The notes under the pieces are model-generated. The model saw only the letters and a list, made by a program, of their open reading frames with translations, searched no databases and had not been told where the DNA came from. A stretch of DNA of 63,811 nt, the filler included, from Octopus bimaculoides (lineage: Eukaryota), in NCBI RefSeq assembly GCF_001194135.2. It is 12 parts of 9 records of this genome, joined end to end, with 100 filler letters (N's around TTAATTAATTAA, not from the genome) between each part and the next. Parts side by side here need not be neighbours in the genome. Positions count along the whole stretch, not along the records: positions 22,114 to 25,518 come from NC_069002.1; positions 25,619 to 32,744 come from NC_068983.1; positions 32,845 to 37,877 come from NC_068984.1; positions 37,978 to 50,234 come from NC_068986.1; 8 more parts are not named here. One strand, 5' to 3'. How positions within the stretch are numbered: position 1 is the first letter of the stretch; the number at the start of each line of letters is the position of its first letter. A program made the position numbers and the translations under genes. Below are positions 24,730 to 38,801 of this stretch, piece after piece.

Positions 24730-25618
24730 CCGTCTTTACAATGTAACTGGTAGATCGGGATAAGTATTAAGCAAATGTCTCAACATTGAACGACGGAATC
24801 CATTTAATTCTATATAAACGCGATTGAGTAGTGAGATTGATTGCTCTGACCAGGGCTATAAAAGTAAAACAGCTGAGTATTTCGTTCACACGCAGAGACA
24901 AGTTCAAATCTTCCTGCGGGAGAAGAACAATCTTCTGCTTATAGAATATAATGACTTTTCTCATTGGCTAAACCCGTCAAAATCATGTGGTGTTATAGAA
25001 ACATATGCAACAATGTCTCATGTTGCTTTAACTAACATGTAAATGCATATTTTGATATTTCCGAACGGAATGGCAAAGGAAAAACTAGAATATCTACCAG
25101 TTATGATGCAAAAACAGCTTATGGGTATTTATGTGATCGAGAATTGATCAGAAATATTTCTATTTCGTTTTGATCTCTTGAGAATGACTAATGGATCTGA
25201 ATAATGTTTCGGAATAATTTCATGTATGAGTTACCAGATGCATTTCAAACAAAACATTGTATTTCATGAATATCAAATCTTGGGGTAATTAGGAATTGAT
25301 GAAATACTCCGACCTATTCAACTGCTCCTACGAGAAGTGAACATTGTATATATTATTTGGGCATTTTCTGTGGCATGTAGAATTTTTTTGAATCAGAAGT
25401 TTTGATGTCTTTAATAGGTTTTCCTTGTGTTCACACACGTTCATAATTGTATAGAGGTACACATGCTTACTATAAGGTTCCTACCAAAATCCCTATCTCT
25501 TCCCATTTCTCTTTCTCANNNNNNNNNNNNNNNNNNNNNNNNNNNNNNNNNNNNNNNNNNNNTTAATTAATTAANNNNNNNNNNNNNNNNNNNNNNNNNN
25601 NNNNNNNNNNNNNNNNNN

Positions 25619-25685
<67 letters not shown>

Positions 25686-25994
25686 CTGAAGATGGGTGCT
25701 CCAGTGGTTTGGGCGTTGTAATCACGATCCCCAAAATCGTCGTTTCGATGAACACCTTCGCAGCATTTTGTGTTGTTGAGAAAAACATTCATTTCTCGCT
25801 GCTCCCAGTCCATTCAACTTTAAATGAGTAACCCTGCAAAGGACTGGCATCATTCGAAAATTACAACAATACAAGGAAGCGCATTGTGACCAGCGGTGTA
25901 TAACAACATCCGATAGTCTGGTGGATACAGAGTTATACACACACACACACACACACACATATATATGCATGTGTCTATACATATATGATTATAC

Positions 25995-26058
<64 letters not shown>

Positions 26059-26315
26059 ATATATATATATATACATACGTATATATGTGTATAAAATATA
26101 TTAAATCTATATATGTATGTTAGTGGTGCATATTCTATTGGTCTGTTTTGCCTAATCACGACGTTACTAGGACGTAAACCAACCAACACCGATTGCCAGG
26201 CAGTGGTGGAAGACAAACGTAGACATAATTATACGTATTTATGTATGTGTTTATATATGTGTGTGTGTGAGTGTGTGTCTGTATACATATGTATATGGAT
26301 ATGCATATATATATC

Positions 26316-26394
<79 letters not shown>

Positions 26395-26396
<2 letters not shown>

Positions 26397-26681
26397 GATT
26401 TTTTAAAAATTATTTTTAAAAAATGGTTATAAAATCTCTTATCAAGATATTTCTAACCTGTTTGGAAAATTTTATTTTCCTATTGTGTGTGAGCGCTTTC
26501 GATTAATCTTCTCAAACACACGTGCTCTTGGTGAATGTATGAAAGAAGAAAAGTGTTTGAAAAGATGAATCGAAAGCGCTCACACACACTGGGAAAATAA
26601 GTTCTTCCAAAAAATATTAGTAACATCCTGATAAAAGATTTTATAACTTCTTTTATAAAAATAATTTCTTAAAAAATCTCC
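26395..26681. mobile_element. Fold-back MITE, about 125-bp inverted arms
   Basis: tgtgtgtgagcgctttcgatt.atctt.tcaaacac (ends 26520) is the reverse complement of gtgtttgaaaagatgaatcgaaagcgctcacacaca (starts 26553). Homology extends to both ends. Confidence 0.75.
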
Positions 26682-26934
26682 TTTATACTTAAAAACTGTA
26701 TTAAGTAATTTTCACAAGTACTTTCAAACATATATATATACGACGGACCTCTTTCAGTTTTCATTTACCAAATCCACTCACAATGCTTTGGTAGACCCAA
26801 GGCTATAGCGGAATAAACTTGCCCAAAATGTCACGCAGGGACAATGAATCTGGAACCATGTGGCCGGAGTTAAATTTCTTACTACACAGCCACGCCTGCG
26901 CTTGCACATACACGCGCTCGTACACATACATACT

Positions 26935-27083
<149 letters not shown>

Positions 27084-28256
27084 GTGAGTCTTGATACAGA
27101 TACAGTAGTTAAATGGCTACTTGGCGTAAGCCTATGCTTCATGTTCGTGGGGCGAGAAATTTCTTTATGTCGGCTAATAGAAACTCAATCTTATTCAATT
27201 ACAGAATGTACTACGAATTATGTTTTCTGACTCCCGACGAAACCTGAGCAATGAATAAGGTGATTATCCGAAATAACGTAAGATGTTCCACTCGAACATA
27301 AAACTTGAGTCGCTGCCAAAATTCCAACGAGTTACTGCGTATATTAAAAAATCATTTATTGCTTTCATTTGAACTGAACGGTTTCACTTACTGGACGTAA
27401 ACTTCGGATGATCACAGTGCGCGTGAGAAGGTGTGTATGAGTGCGTGTGTGAGTGCGTGTGTGAGAAAGTGTGCATGAGTATGTGCGTGACAAAATGTGT
27501 ATGAGTGTCTGTGTGGAATTGAAGGAGTATTCTTAAAGCTGTAAAAATACAATTTTGAAGTACAGCAAAATTTTAAACTTTTAATATAGTATTTGGATAT
27601 TTGGATCAAAACAGACCTTTCTCAAGGTCTATAAAAATAATCTTGGTTATCAATTTAACATCGAGCCGAATAGATTAGGATTCGATAAACAGTGCTTGAG
27701 TTAATTCAGGTTGTTCGGTTGGATTGTTGGTTGGAGAGTTGGTCGGTATTTCGTCTCTGTACTTACAATAATTGAACTGGTGAACCGTGAATGTTTGTAA
27801 CACAGGTAGGCGAACGAAAATATTTTTGCCCACAATTCGAATCTTTTTCGTCCCACCCCACTTTAACTCATCCTCCTTCAGGCTAGAATTGTAACAGTCA
27901 TCTGATTTATTTATTGAACCTCATTCCTCTGCTATTCTTACATTCTTACATTCATCAATGTGGTTAACTTGATATGTGAGGTACGCTCGAAACATTGTGA
28001 CATATAAAGTCTAATAGAAATTTAGAAGCTGTTACAACGTTATTTTGATATAAAACATTTTTATTATATTTTTAAAATATTTCATTCATAAAATTCTCAA
28101 TAATTATTTCGATCAAATTATATACTGAAATAAATAAATAAATAAATAAATAAATAAATTAATTAATTAATTAACTGGCTAAAACCGATAACAGGAATGA
28201 GATTTTGTCTGTCTGCAGTTTATGATGACTAGTAAATATTGGTTTTAAATTTTGAA

Positions 28257-28450
28257 TCAAGGCTAGTAATTTCGGGGGAGGAGTAAGTCGATTACATCGA
28301 CCCCAGTACTCAACTGGTATTATCGATCTCGAAAGGATGAAAAGGCAAAGGCGACCTCGGAAGAATTTGAACTCAGAACGTGAAGACGGACAAAGTACCG
28401 ATGAGCATTTTGCTCTGTGTGCTAACGGGTCTTCCCAGCTCGCCACCTTA
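28257..28450 (-). mobile_element. SINE family A copy
   Basis: Same core as 15905-16275. Confidence 0.75.
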
Positions 28451-29329
28451 ATGATAAGTAAATACTGAAAGGCAGCGAGCTGGCAGAAACGTATGTATGT
28501 ATGTATGTATGTATGTATGTATGTATGTGTGTGTGTATGTATGCATGTATTTATGTATGTATGTACGTGTGTGTATGTATGTATGTATGTATGTATGTAA
28601 GTATGTATGTGTGTATGTATATATGTAAGTATGTACGTACGTCTGTATGTCTCTCTATTTGTATTGTGTGTGTGTGTGTGTGCATTTCACTATCAGATGA
28701 TAACGGTCGAGATTTTATTTTAAACTCTACTCGAAATATGAGGTTAATACGCTTGAGTTTCGTTTTAACAATCTATTAGTGTAAACTGTAAATCTGCAGA
28801 AAAATGGTGGCCGAGTAATAAATTGCAGTGAAACAACATCTTGAGGGAAAAAAACAACTGTGGCTGTGTTTAGTGCGAAATCGATGCTGTTAGATAAGAA
28901 GAGTAAAAGAAAGAATGTCGGGTGAGTATAGTTGGAGAAATATGCAACTAGCTGGTGCAGAAGGGTAGAGACTCTTGCTGTAGGGGTAGAAGATAAAGAT
29001 AAACAGAAGCTATATATATATATATCAAATATGTATGTAAATATGTGATATCAAATTGTACGCAAACTTCCAAATACCGTTGGTTTTGGTGGTGGTGGTG
29101 GTGGTGGTGGTGGAATTGGTTCATGCTGTTATTGTTTTTTAGGCCAGATCAACTCTGAGCCAGCAAACTTTTAATGAAAGGCATTCCAGCCGCAAGTATT
29201 CAAATTATTATGTAGACACGAACATCCATCGTTACTTATTTGGTCTGTTCGAGCTCCATGGTCGGCTTGTCCAAATACCTGTGGTCATGGTTGTTGTTGT
29301 GTAGCCTCCAGGTCAGCCTTGATCGAGCG

Positions 29330-29900
29330 CCCCAATGGACATTCTCCTCTCCCCAATACTTCTCGCTTTCCCCGTACATAACAGCCAAGAAGACATTTTA
29401 GTTATTCTAGCCCAAAGTTTTCCTCCCTACGCGGCCACTCAACAAATTTCTCCAGTCACTAACAACTATTTGACCATAGCTCTTCTTGTGTCCTATCAAG
29501 AACATCTCATTTCACCTTTCTATAAAATCATTGTCTTCAGTAAATACCAAACTATACTGATACCGACAGCACAAGAGCTAAATTTTTTGCCATACTCAAT
29601 TCTTTCCCTTAACTAATTTCATATCCTACATTTTCAAACTCAACTGCTCCCAGATCAATAGTATCTCTGCGCCAATCAAGTCGTTTGCCTATCTTAATCC
29701 GGATATTCACTACACATCTGCACATTAAAGAGCACCTACTTCGAATCCCTAAAGTACTAAAGTACGGAACATGTGTTTTACTTCGAACATCCGCATCTAT
29801 AAAAAAAAAATTAGATAGGGCCCCTGTACATTCCACACGCAACCAAAATTCACATTTCTAAGACACTCAAACGAGTTACTCATAGCAGTGTTACTGCCAT
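29330..29900 (+). mobile_element. Highly degenerate LINE RT remnant
   Basis: Weak similarity only: ILLSPILL (cf. SVLSPLLF), PYAA (cf. YADD) and LKYG...KKKLD. Confidence 0.3.
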
Positions 29901-30092
29901 AGTTCTGGAAGAATACAAACTACAATGCTTGGAGTAAATCACGCACCCACACAAACAAGGCAGATCTTACTCACCAACGCGTCACCTGTAAGGTCACTAT
30001 CCGAGATTAGAAGGATTCTGCCATGCACCACACTGGCCGCAGATTCTCCTGCTTTTCACTGATATTGTTTGACCATACCAATTCCTTGTGAA

Positions 30093-30422
30093 GGCGCATG
30101 GCTCAGTGGTTAGAGTGTCGAACTTACGATCGTGAGGTTGTGAGTTCGAATCCCGGATCGGGCTGCGTGTTGTGTTCTTGAGCAAGACACTTTATTTCAC
30201 GTTGCTCCAGTTCACTCAGCTGTAGAAATGAGTTGCGACGTCACTGGTGCCAAGCTGTATCGGCCTTTGCATTTCCCTTGGATAACATCGGCGGTGTGGA
30301 GAGGGGAGACTGGTATGCATGGGTGACTGCTAGTCTTCCATAAACAAGCTTGCCCGGACTTGTGCCTGGGAGGGTAACTTTCTACGTGCTATCCCATGAT
30401 CAGTCATGACCGAAGAGGTCTC
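30093..30422 (+). mobile_element. tRNA-derived SINE with CORE-like central domain
   Basis: A-box TGGCTCAGTGG, B-box GAGTTCGAATC (30142-30152), then ttgagcaagacacttt...ccagttcactcagctgtagaaatg resembling the CORE domain. Confidence 0.7.
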
Positions 30423-30839
30423 AGATCAACTAATTCCTTACCAAAAAGATCCTAACCAACTTTTATATATCCTTTTTTTCCATTTTGTAACCGTTATGAC
30501 CTGTGAGCGGTACTCTGGGAGAAAAATCCATCATATTGTTACCTGCTTTGCACCCAAACGCACAATTCACACATTGGATGAAACACCAACGGAACTTATT
30601 CCTTTTAACTCCACCATGGCCACCACTACACGTATAAAGATGCCAGATATGAAATTACTTTTGGTCACTTTTAACAAACGAATTTATCGACTCTAACAAT
30701 GTCCTTTACATTATCCTCCATGAACTAGCTCCTATCTTCTCCCAAATTCTTCGGTCTCTCTCTTTTTCCTTCTCTCTAACTCTCCATCTCTCTGTCTCTC
30801 TATCCCTTTCCCTCTCTCACAGTTCATGATGTTTGGTAA

Positions 30840-31980
30840 CACCTTACAGTATACTGTTCTCAAGAACTGGAACCCGTCAGCCGCTGCCAGCTAATTGCCG
30901 AAGTAAATGATATCAAACCTGGCGGTGACAACCCAAAACAAAATCATCTCTGTTGAATATTTCTATCTCGTTTATGGCCACCAGTATGACTTTTGTAAAG
31001 CCAGATCTACTGACAATCTACTCTTCTATGTCACTAACCAGTTTTGGCTTCGAGATTTTTTGTTAAAGCTGTGTTGTTCCTCCGAAAATCTGCAAAGCCT
31101 ACCAGTATATCTCACACTTAGATCTCTTGCCACAGCTTCCCGCCTATTGACTCAACGGCTTTTTATGTCGCATGGATATATGACTCAGTAAGATTGCACT
31201 ATCAGGGTGTGTGCTGAGAGGCCTCCAATTAAGTCACACTTTTATCAACTCTAGTGTCTCCAGGGTTCAGTTTCCCATCTCATATTCTTCTCATTAATAA
31301 TCTACTTACCATCACCTCCAATTCTACGCCCAATTCTACGCAGATGATAACACTCTTTATTCCTCATTAACCGTCCACACCTAAGAGTCATCTATTTGTA
31401 ACTCAAACATCTCACACCAAACTTACATTGATCCCCTGCACAAAGATTTCGATAAACAACCTCCATTGGGATCACATGAGTCTTGTCTCCTTCAAAAATA
31501 AAGACACAATCACTACACATGTTAAGAAAACATTCATTTCCTAGACATGGTGAGCGCGCAATTACAACGCTTTCAATCGTTTTAAATTCTGAGCAACACT
31601 ATCAATGAAAAGCTTTCCTGTCGGACGCTCAAGCTCGCCATGACAGATACATCATGCCTCTCAATGACTGTCTTTCCTCTTCAAGGCCAGAATATACTTC
31701 AGACTCCAAAATACACAAACTCTGTACAAAGCTCAGATGAGTAATTTTCCTACATCTAGGCTAGCGCAGTTGCTACAAACACAGATATGTTAGACAAAAA
31801 TCAACTGAAGTTGCTCAACTAATTAACATTGAACCATTAACGAACACATTCCAAACTCTAGCGTACACGTGATGTGAACTATCTTTTACTTTACTTTTTC
31901 TGTCGCAACAATATTAACCACTGCTTCTTGGAGTGATCTGGGTTTCTGCCATCTCAACTCACCCGCTCCTAATTTATGCA
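30840..31980 (+). mobile_element. Degenerate CR1/Jockey-group LINE RT region (similar to the 18.4-19.5 kb element)
   Basis: HQYDFCKARSTDNLLFYVT and FYADDNTLYSS (catalytic YADD near 31340), with many frameshifts. Confidence 0.7.
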
Positions 31981-32418
31981 CCTTATCTGTTTTCGTTACT
32001 CATATTGTGTCCAAGCTCCAAGGAAAAGTAGTCAAATATATTGATTTGAATATCTGTTGGCTGTTTTTGAGGAGTCGAAGTCTCGAATCTTTGTGCTTAT
32101 GTGTGTGAGTGTATCTGTATATGTAGGTGGGTGGGGAGTCCGCGCGTGGATGTGTATGTTGAAGTTCTTGTAACATCCTTATATTCATAGTTAGGTTCTT
32201 TGCCCGACCAATAAAATAAGTACTAATCTCGGATTTAGTCTGATTCTGTTCCTATGATTAATTTTGTTTCTTTCTCGCATGAACTCACAGTTTCTCTGGT
32301 TCAATCCTATCCAATTTGCTTAGTTTAATATATGATGCATACTGTCCTTCGTAGGATGCTCGTAAATTATTACTTTAAGTGGTGTGACCGGATTTATGAT
32401 TTGCAATGTGTCGAAAGT

Positions 32419-32728
32419 GGAGGCGCAATGGCCCAGTGGTTAGGGTAGCGGACTCGCGGTCGGAGGATCGCGGTTTCGATTCTCAGACCGGGCGTTGTGT
32501 GTGTTTATTGACCGAAAACACCTAAAGCTCCACGAGGCTCCGGCAGGGAGAGGTGGCGACCTCTGTTGTACTCTTTCGCCTCAACTTTCTCTCACTCTTT
32601 CTTCCTGTTTCTTGAGTAACGCTGCGATGGACTTGCGTCCCGTCCAGCTGGGTGGAACACATACGCCATAGAAACCGGGAAACCGGGCCCATGAGCCTGG
32701 CTAAGCTTTAAAAAGGGTGGATAAAAAA
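32419..32728 (+). mobile_element. tRNA-derived SINE (distinct family)
   Basis: A-box TGGCCCAGTGG and B-box-like GTTTCGATTC, with a non-tRNA body ending in an A-rich tail. Confidence 0.65.
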
Positions 32729-33249
32729 ATGTGTTGAAAGGTCCNNNNNNNNNNNNNNNNNNNNNNNNNNNNNNNNNNNNNNNNNNNNTTAATTAATTAA
32801 NNNNNNNNNNNNNNNNNNNNNNNNNNNNNNNNNNNNNNNNNNNNGTGTGTGTGTGTGTGTATGTGTGTGTGTATGTGTGTGTATGTGTATGTGTGTGTGT
32901 ATGTGTGTGTATAATTCCTATTATGATATGTCAAGCAATTGTTGTACCTGTCCTTAGTCTTACGATTATTAAAGAGCAGCTACGGATAGAAATAGATACT
33001 GCACCAGATATCGGAAATAAACTAATGAAGGAAGTTAGAACACTAGAGGGCGCAATCTGTAACTACTCGATTGCGTCGCGTCCAAAACAACTGTGATTAC
33101 CGACAAACTGTTAAACTTTTGGTAGGCGACGTATTTTGCAGTATTAGGAACTCTACAGGAAATACACTACCTGTGTCTGGCAGGGAAAGTGCTGAGACAA
33201 TATCAGACAGTCTGGTATTGGTTTTGCTCTGAGGAAGTTGCTATTGGAA

Positions 33250-34500
33250 CTATCTTTTCAAAATGGTGAAGACACGTGACAAAGGATACCAATGGATTTT
33301 TCTCATTGCAGTTCTACTCATCCGATGGGATGTGTCTCTCAACCTCGTCAGTGCCAACGCTCCAAACCTCTGCGCAATATACAAAGACCGAATTCTACGG
33401 CCAAATTGCAAGGATGATTCTGTTGACATCAAATCAAGAACAGCTGTTACTGCTGTTTGGCGACTTGAGCGCCAGAATGGCTACCGACTGCGAGACTACG
33501 ACTCCTTGCCAAGATGCCTGTAGCAGCATGGAGTGGACAGCATAAATGACAACGGAAAACGATTCCTTTATTTTCCTCACTTTCTCGAATGTGTGTCGAC
33601 AGCATTTATTTCCGAAATAATTGTCAGCACAAAATGTCTTTGAAACATCACGGTTCCAAACACGGGGACCAACTAATCGTGATGCTCAGAATACGAGACC
33701 ATGTGAGGAATGCACTTACGATTCTGTCGTTTTGCAGTTCCGACTGCGACAAGTATCATTCCTTGGTTTTCTGCAATATTAAATTTAAACCAAATAAAAT
33801 GTTCTGCATAACAATCTTCCGCATGCAGCTCATTGGTGTCGCGAGCACAGTGCCACCCAAACAGAGCAGAAGTGTTCCTCATATTATTGGAATATGCTAT
33901 TCCTACAAAAACAACAGGGGTGCACAAATAAGATGTGCTATAGTGAAAGATTTTGATATGAAACAGAGAAAGCATGTCTTAAACAAGAACTTCCACACTC
34001 GCAGCCTGAAACCTATTCTAGACATGAGGTGAACTGATCGAATCATCAACTGTAATATCCCTGCTCACGTGTAGACATCCAGGGATCTTCTCCAACAACA
34101 ACAACAAAATTTCCTCTGTAGGGGCATAGAAAATGCATTTAAGATGGTAGGTTACAGAAAAAGCCCCTATCTCTATGGAAAACTGTCCTTTGAAGAGAAC
34201 CACGCTGACATTATCAACTTCATTTCATAAAAATGATCTGCAAGAGAGATATCGAAAGTTTTTACATTGAAGGTTACAAGACAGGAATACGCGGCTGGTG
34301 GTCGTTCTCGTTGCAGACTGGAATTACACAACGGTGTGAAGACTAGAGAGAAAAGACTGAGACTTGGTGATGAAGGAAAGCAAAATCGACAAGAAAAACA
34401 GTACCAGGACAAAAGTAGTACTTAGTGTCTTCAAAAACCACCGTAATAAAGACTTATTCACTTTTGGGTCTCTACAATCACTGCAGACGCTATACTGCCA
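33250..34500 (+). mobile_element. Degenerate RTE-clade (BovB-like) LINE ORF2 3' portion
   Basis: NFHTRSLKPILDMR*TDRIIN (cf. FH.RCLR.IL.I.W.DRI.N), YLYGKLS (cf. LYGEL) and EYAAGGRSRCRLELHNGV (cf. WE..A.DRS.WR..L..G). Many stops. Confidence 0.55.
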
Positions 34501-34654
34501 AGAAGACAGAAGTGTTTTCCCCAGGTGTCTAAAGGATGCCTTCAAACACAGACAAAATATACATACATACATCAGAGCGGTTGTGTGTGTATATACATGC
34601 GTATGTGTGTGCGTGTTTTTATTCGACATTTTTAGAATTTTTGTTAAACAATTG

Positions 34655-34701
<47 letters not shown>

Positions 34702-36087
34702 NNNNNNNNNNNNNNNNNNNNNNNNNNNNNNNNNNNNNNNNNNNNNNNNNNNNNNNNNNNNNNNNNNNNNNNNNNNNNNNNNNNNNNNNNNNNNNNNNNN
34801 NNNNNNNNNNNNNNNNNNNNNNNNNNNNNNNNNNNNNNNNNNNNNNNNNNNNNNNNNNNNNNNNNNNNNNNNNNNNNNNNNNNNNNNNNNNNNNNNNNNN
34901 NNNNNNNNNNNNNNNNNNNNNNNNNNNNNNNNNNNNNNNNNNNNNNNNNNNNNNNNNNNNNNNNNNNNNNNNNNNNNNNNNNNNNNNNNNNNNNNNNNNN
35001 NNNNNNNNNNNNNNNNNNNNNNNNNNNNNNNNNNNNNNNNNNNNNNNNNNNNNNNNNNNNNNNNNNNNNNNNNNNNNNNNNNNNNNNNNNNNNNNNNNNN
35101 NNNNNNNNNNNNNNNNNNNNNNNNNNNNNNNNNNNNNNNNNNNNNNNNNNNNNNNNNNNNNNNNNNNNNNNNNNNNNNNNNNNNNNNNNNNNNNNNNNNN
35201 NNNNNNNNNNNNNNNNNNNNNNNNNNNNNNNTGCAACGTATGTCACGTCATATGACGAAATGATCGCAGAGCAGCGTGTAATGAAGACCTTTGCTCAAGA
35301 ATACAACGCAACGCCCGGGCTGGGAATCGAACATACGATCAACCGCTTATTAAACACATGAAACTCCAACCAAATGTGTTGTACCACTTTATTTCGTTTA
35401 GTACAGGTATATGTATATATTACATTTTCGCATTCTCTTTCTCTCTATCTATCCTTCTCTCCCTCTCTCCCCCCCCTCTCTCTCTCTGGCTGTGTATGCG
35501 TGTGTGAGCGTTCCTGTATGAATTTCTGCAATTTAAGGTTTTGTTGAAACACCTGTGTGTTTCAAAGATCTGTTTACTCAGGACATGAACACGCTAATAA
35601 TGCTTGAAACTTTATTACTGGAAATAAAATAAAATCGAGATATTTATTATAAAAAAACCTGTCAACTAAATCACAGGCTGCATTTTACGCATTGTTTTCT
35701 CTTAATTACCTTCCAAATACAATACGTCAATTCATTTGAAGCGTTTCCCTAATTGTAGCTGAAGCTAATAGAATATCTCCTACCAAAAATATGAAAAAGA
35801 AAACGTGACGTGCGAAAGATATCAGCCGTCTCGATTCAAGCAGTCAACCCTGTAAACAATAATATGATGAGTTATGTACTGGATATCGTGCGCAAGAAAA
35901 TATTTAATTAATTGAAATTTTCCCCTTAGCTGGAGAAGACAAACGAAAAACATGGCGGACATTATCTTTTAATCTTGTAAATAATATCGGATGTTAATTT
36001 TCTCAATATTCCTCAGTGTTATTTGATAAATATGGCTGCGAATTAGTAGGATCGTGACAGCGTAATATTATAATGGTTTCAATTGTT

Positions 36088-36511
36088 TGCACAAGGCCAG
36101 CAATTTCGGAGGAGGTGTTAAGTCGATTACATCGACCCCAGGGCTTTATTTTTACCTGTTTTATCGACTCGGATAGGATGAAGGGGAAAGTTGACGTCGG
36201 AGGAATTTGAACTCTGAACTCGGGCGAAATGCTGCAAAACATTTTGCCCGACGTGCTAACGATTCTGCCAGATCGCCGCCTTCATGCTATAAATTATATT
36301 GATTTCAAATTTTGGCACAAGGCCAGCAGTTTCGGGGGACATGATAGGTCAATTACATCGAATCCAAAGTTCAACTGGTACTTATTTTATCGACCGAGAA
36401 AGAGATGAAAAGCAAAGCTGACCTGGACGGAATTTGAACTCAGAACGTAAAACGGACACATTACCTCTAAGCATTTTGCCTGGCGCTGTAACGAGTCTTC
36501 GATCACCGCCT
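36088..36511 (-). mobile_element. SINE family A, two tandem copies
   Basis: Same core twice (about 36088-36281 and 36315-36511). Confidence 0.75.
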
Positions 36512-37016
36512 TCAGACTGTAAATAATATTGAACGTTAATTTTCAGTGTTATCTGTTAAATATAGCGGCGAATTTTAGGGTCGGAGCGGTGTTATGTATA
36601 ATACTTTGCGTTACTAATCCCGTCTTTCTCCGCTCTGTTGTCAAATACCACCGAGGCTCAACTTTGCCTTTAACCGACAAACAAATAAAGTACCAGACAT
36701 TTACTGAGGTCAAAAATCCCTTCGACATGATGTTTTATTGTGAGAATTGCACATAGAAATTTAACAGATACCTACGTTTGTTTTCTGCCAAGAATGTTCT
36801 AAGACAATAATATAGTGCTGGTCTAGGAAGCTGCCTTCACCGAACTCCGTCAACTTCATAGCACAAAGGGTTGGTTCTGATATTTAATTTTTAAAATATG
36901 TGTGTATTTAAACATTTCCTACATATATACCGGAAAAAAGTGAGCGACAGAATTTCTGAGTTCGAATTCCAATAATTTTATCCTTTTTTATATTTCTGGG
37001 ATCGATCCAATATTTT

Positions 37017-37407
37017 TTTTACTCTTTTACTTGTTGCAGTCATTTGACTGCGGCCATGCTGAAGCACCGCTTTTAGTCGAGCAAATCGACCCCAGGACTT
37101 ATTCTTTGTAAGCCTAGTACTTATTCCATCGGTCTCTTTTGCAGAACCGCTAAGTTACGGGGACGTAAATACACCAGCATCGGTTGTCAAGCGATGTTGG
37201 GGGACAAACAGACACAAACACACACACACACACATACATATATACGACAGACTTCTTTCAGTTTCCGTCTACCAAATCCACTCACAAGGCTTTGGTCGGC
37301 CCGAGGCTTCGGTAGAAGACACTTGCCGAAGGTGCCATGCAGTAGGACTGAACCCGGAACCATGTAGTTGGTAACCAAGCTACTTACGATACAGCCACAC
37401 CTACGCC
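37017..37407 (-). mobile_element. SINE family B, full-length copy
   Basis: Degenerate tRNA-like head, core aaagccttgtgagtggatttggtagacggaaactgaaagaag, internal (TG)n and tail cagcatggccgcagtc..actg.aacaagtaaaag. Homologous copies at about 5010-5431(+), 14676-14850(+), 21820-21972(+), 26742-26900(-), 57208-57355(-), 59445-59505(-) and 885-965(-). Confidence 0.8.
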
Positions 37408-38586
37408 TAGACATATCTACTGAAAACCTCGATTATAAGCTTAGTACAGGGAAATGAATTTGCGCAATTGTTGGTGTGTCGAACAAATTGATTTGTGGTG
37501 TTTAGTTACTTATTTTCTATTCGTTAAATATTCAAATAGTCACAGAAACAATTAGGATTTAATTATAAAGAAAACTACAAGTTAAATATTCAGGTTTATT
37601 ATACAGTCTTCTTCTTCTTCTTCTTCTTCTTCTTCTTCTTCTTCTTCTTCTTCTTCTTCTTCTTCTTCTTCTTCTTCTTCTTTTTCTTCTTCTTCTTCCT
37701 CCTCCTCCTCCTCCTCCTCCTCCTCCTACTACTACTGCTACTGTGTTCTTTTTGTTCTTGTTCTTCGGTTTCTTTCTTTCTTTCTATTTGAAAGCAACCG
37801 TTGTGACCAGACCATGAAAAATCTGGACTCCACCAGGATTAAACAGTCCGACAAATGCCGGGTATTAAGATGACGCCNNNNNNNNNNNNNNNNNNNNNNN
37901 NNNNNNNNNNNNNNNNNNNNNTTAATTAATTAANNNNNNNNNNNNNNNNNNNNNNNNNNNNNNNNNNNNNNNNNNNNATATATATATATATACATATATA
38001 TATAATGTATACAGATATATGGAATTTAAAGAGGTGAAAATGTAACATCTAGAACGATTGATATATTTATGAATCTATTATATAAAGATTAGTTAGGTAT
38101 ACCATATTTTACTCAATTGAACAAATATAGTTATACCCAAGGTATTTTTCCTGTAAGTATATATATATATATGTATATATACCTATCAAAACTAATGTAT
38201 TTTTGTATGCGTAGTACGTCATACGCATACCGACGCAAAAGAGCAAACATATAGACACAACAAATATTATCCCGCTAGCATTTAGATTTATAAGCTAGAA
38301 CAATTGGTAAATGTAAACTCCTCAATTTCAAATCGAAATAATTTTAATGTCTGTAGTGATATATTGTGAAATATAATCGCATATTCCTATGTCGGTCGTT
38401 GGCACTGAATTACACCAGCATTGACTTACTAAAATAAATGGATTGTGGATTGAAAGCCTAAAATATATATATCCCCCCAAAATGGGATAATCTTAGCTAT
38501 TTTTTTCTTTCGTATCACTTCATGTGATTCCGTAATTATAAGCGCTGAATTATTTCGTCTCGCAATATATATATATATATATATAT

Positions 38587-38801
38587 TTTATTGCCCACAA
38601 GTTTGCTAAACATAGAGGGGACAAACAAGGGATTAAGTCGATTACATCGACCCCAGTGAGTAACTGCTACTTAATTTATCGCCCCCGAATAGATGAAAGG
38701 CTAAGTCGACCTCGGCGGAATTTGAACTCAGAACGTAAGGGCAGACGAAATAACGCTAAGCATTTCGCCCGGCGTTCTAACGTTTCTGGCAGATCGCCGC
38801 C
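38587..38801 (-). mobile_element. SINE family A copy
   Basis: Same core, with the tail variant seen at 16086-16275. Confidence 0.75.

Noticed and set aside
24840-24900. TATAAAAG as a TATA-box promoter
   Set aside because: It is expected by chance in AT-rich DNA, and no downstream exon was identified.
30093-30165. tRNA gene calls for the SINE heads at 30093, 32419 and 13485
   Set aside because: A and B boxes are present, but acceptor stems do not close and each continues into a repeat body.
33263-34032. Cluster of 86-147 aa ORFs as a host gene
   Set aside because: Frame-hopping motifs fit a decayed RTE LINE, and there is no splice-consistent model.
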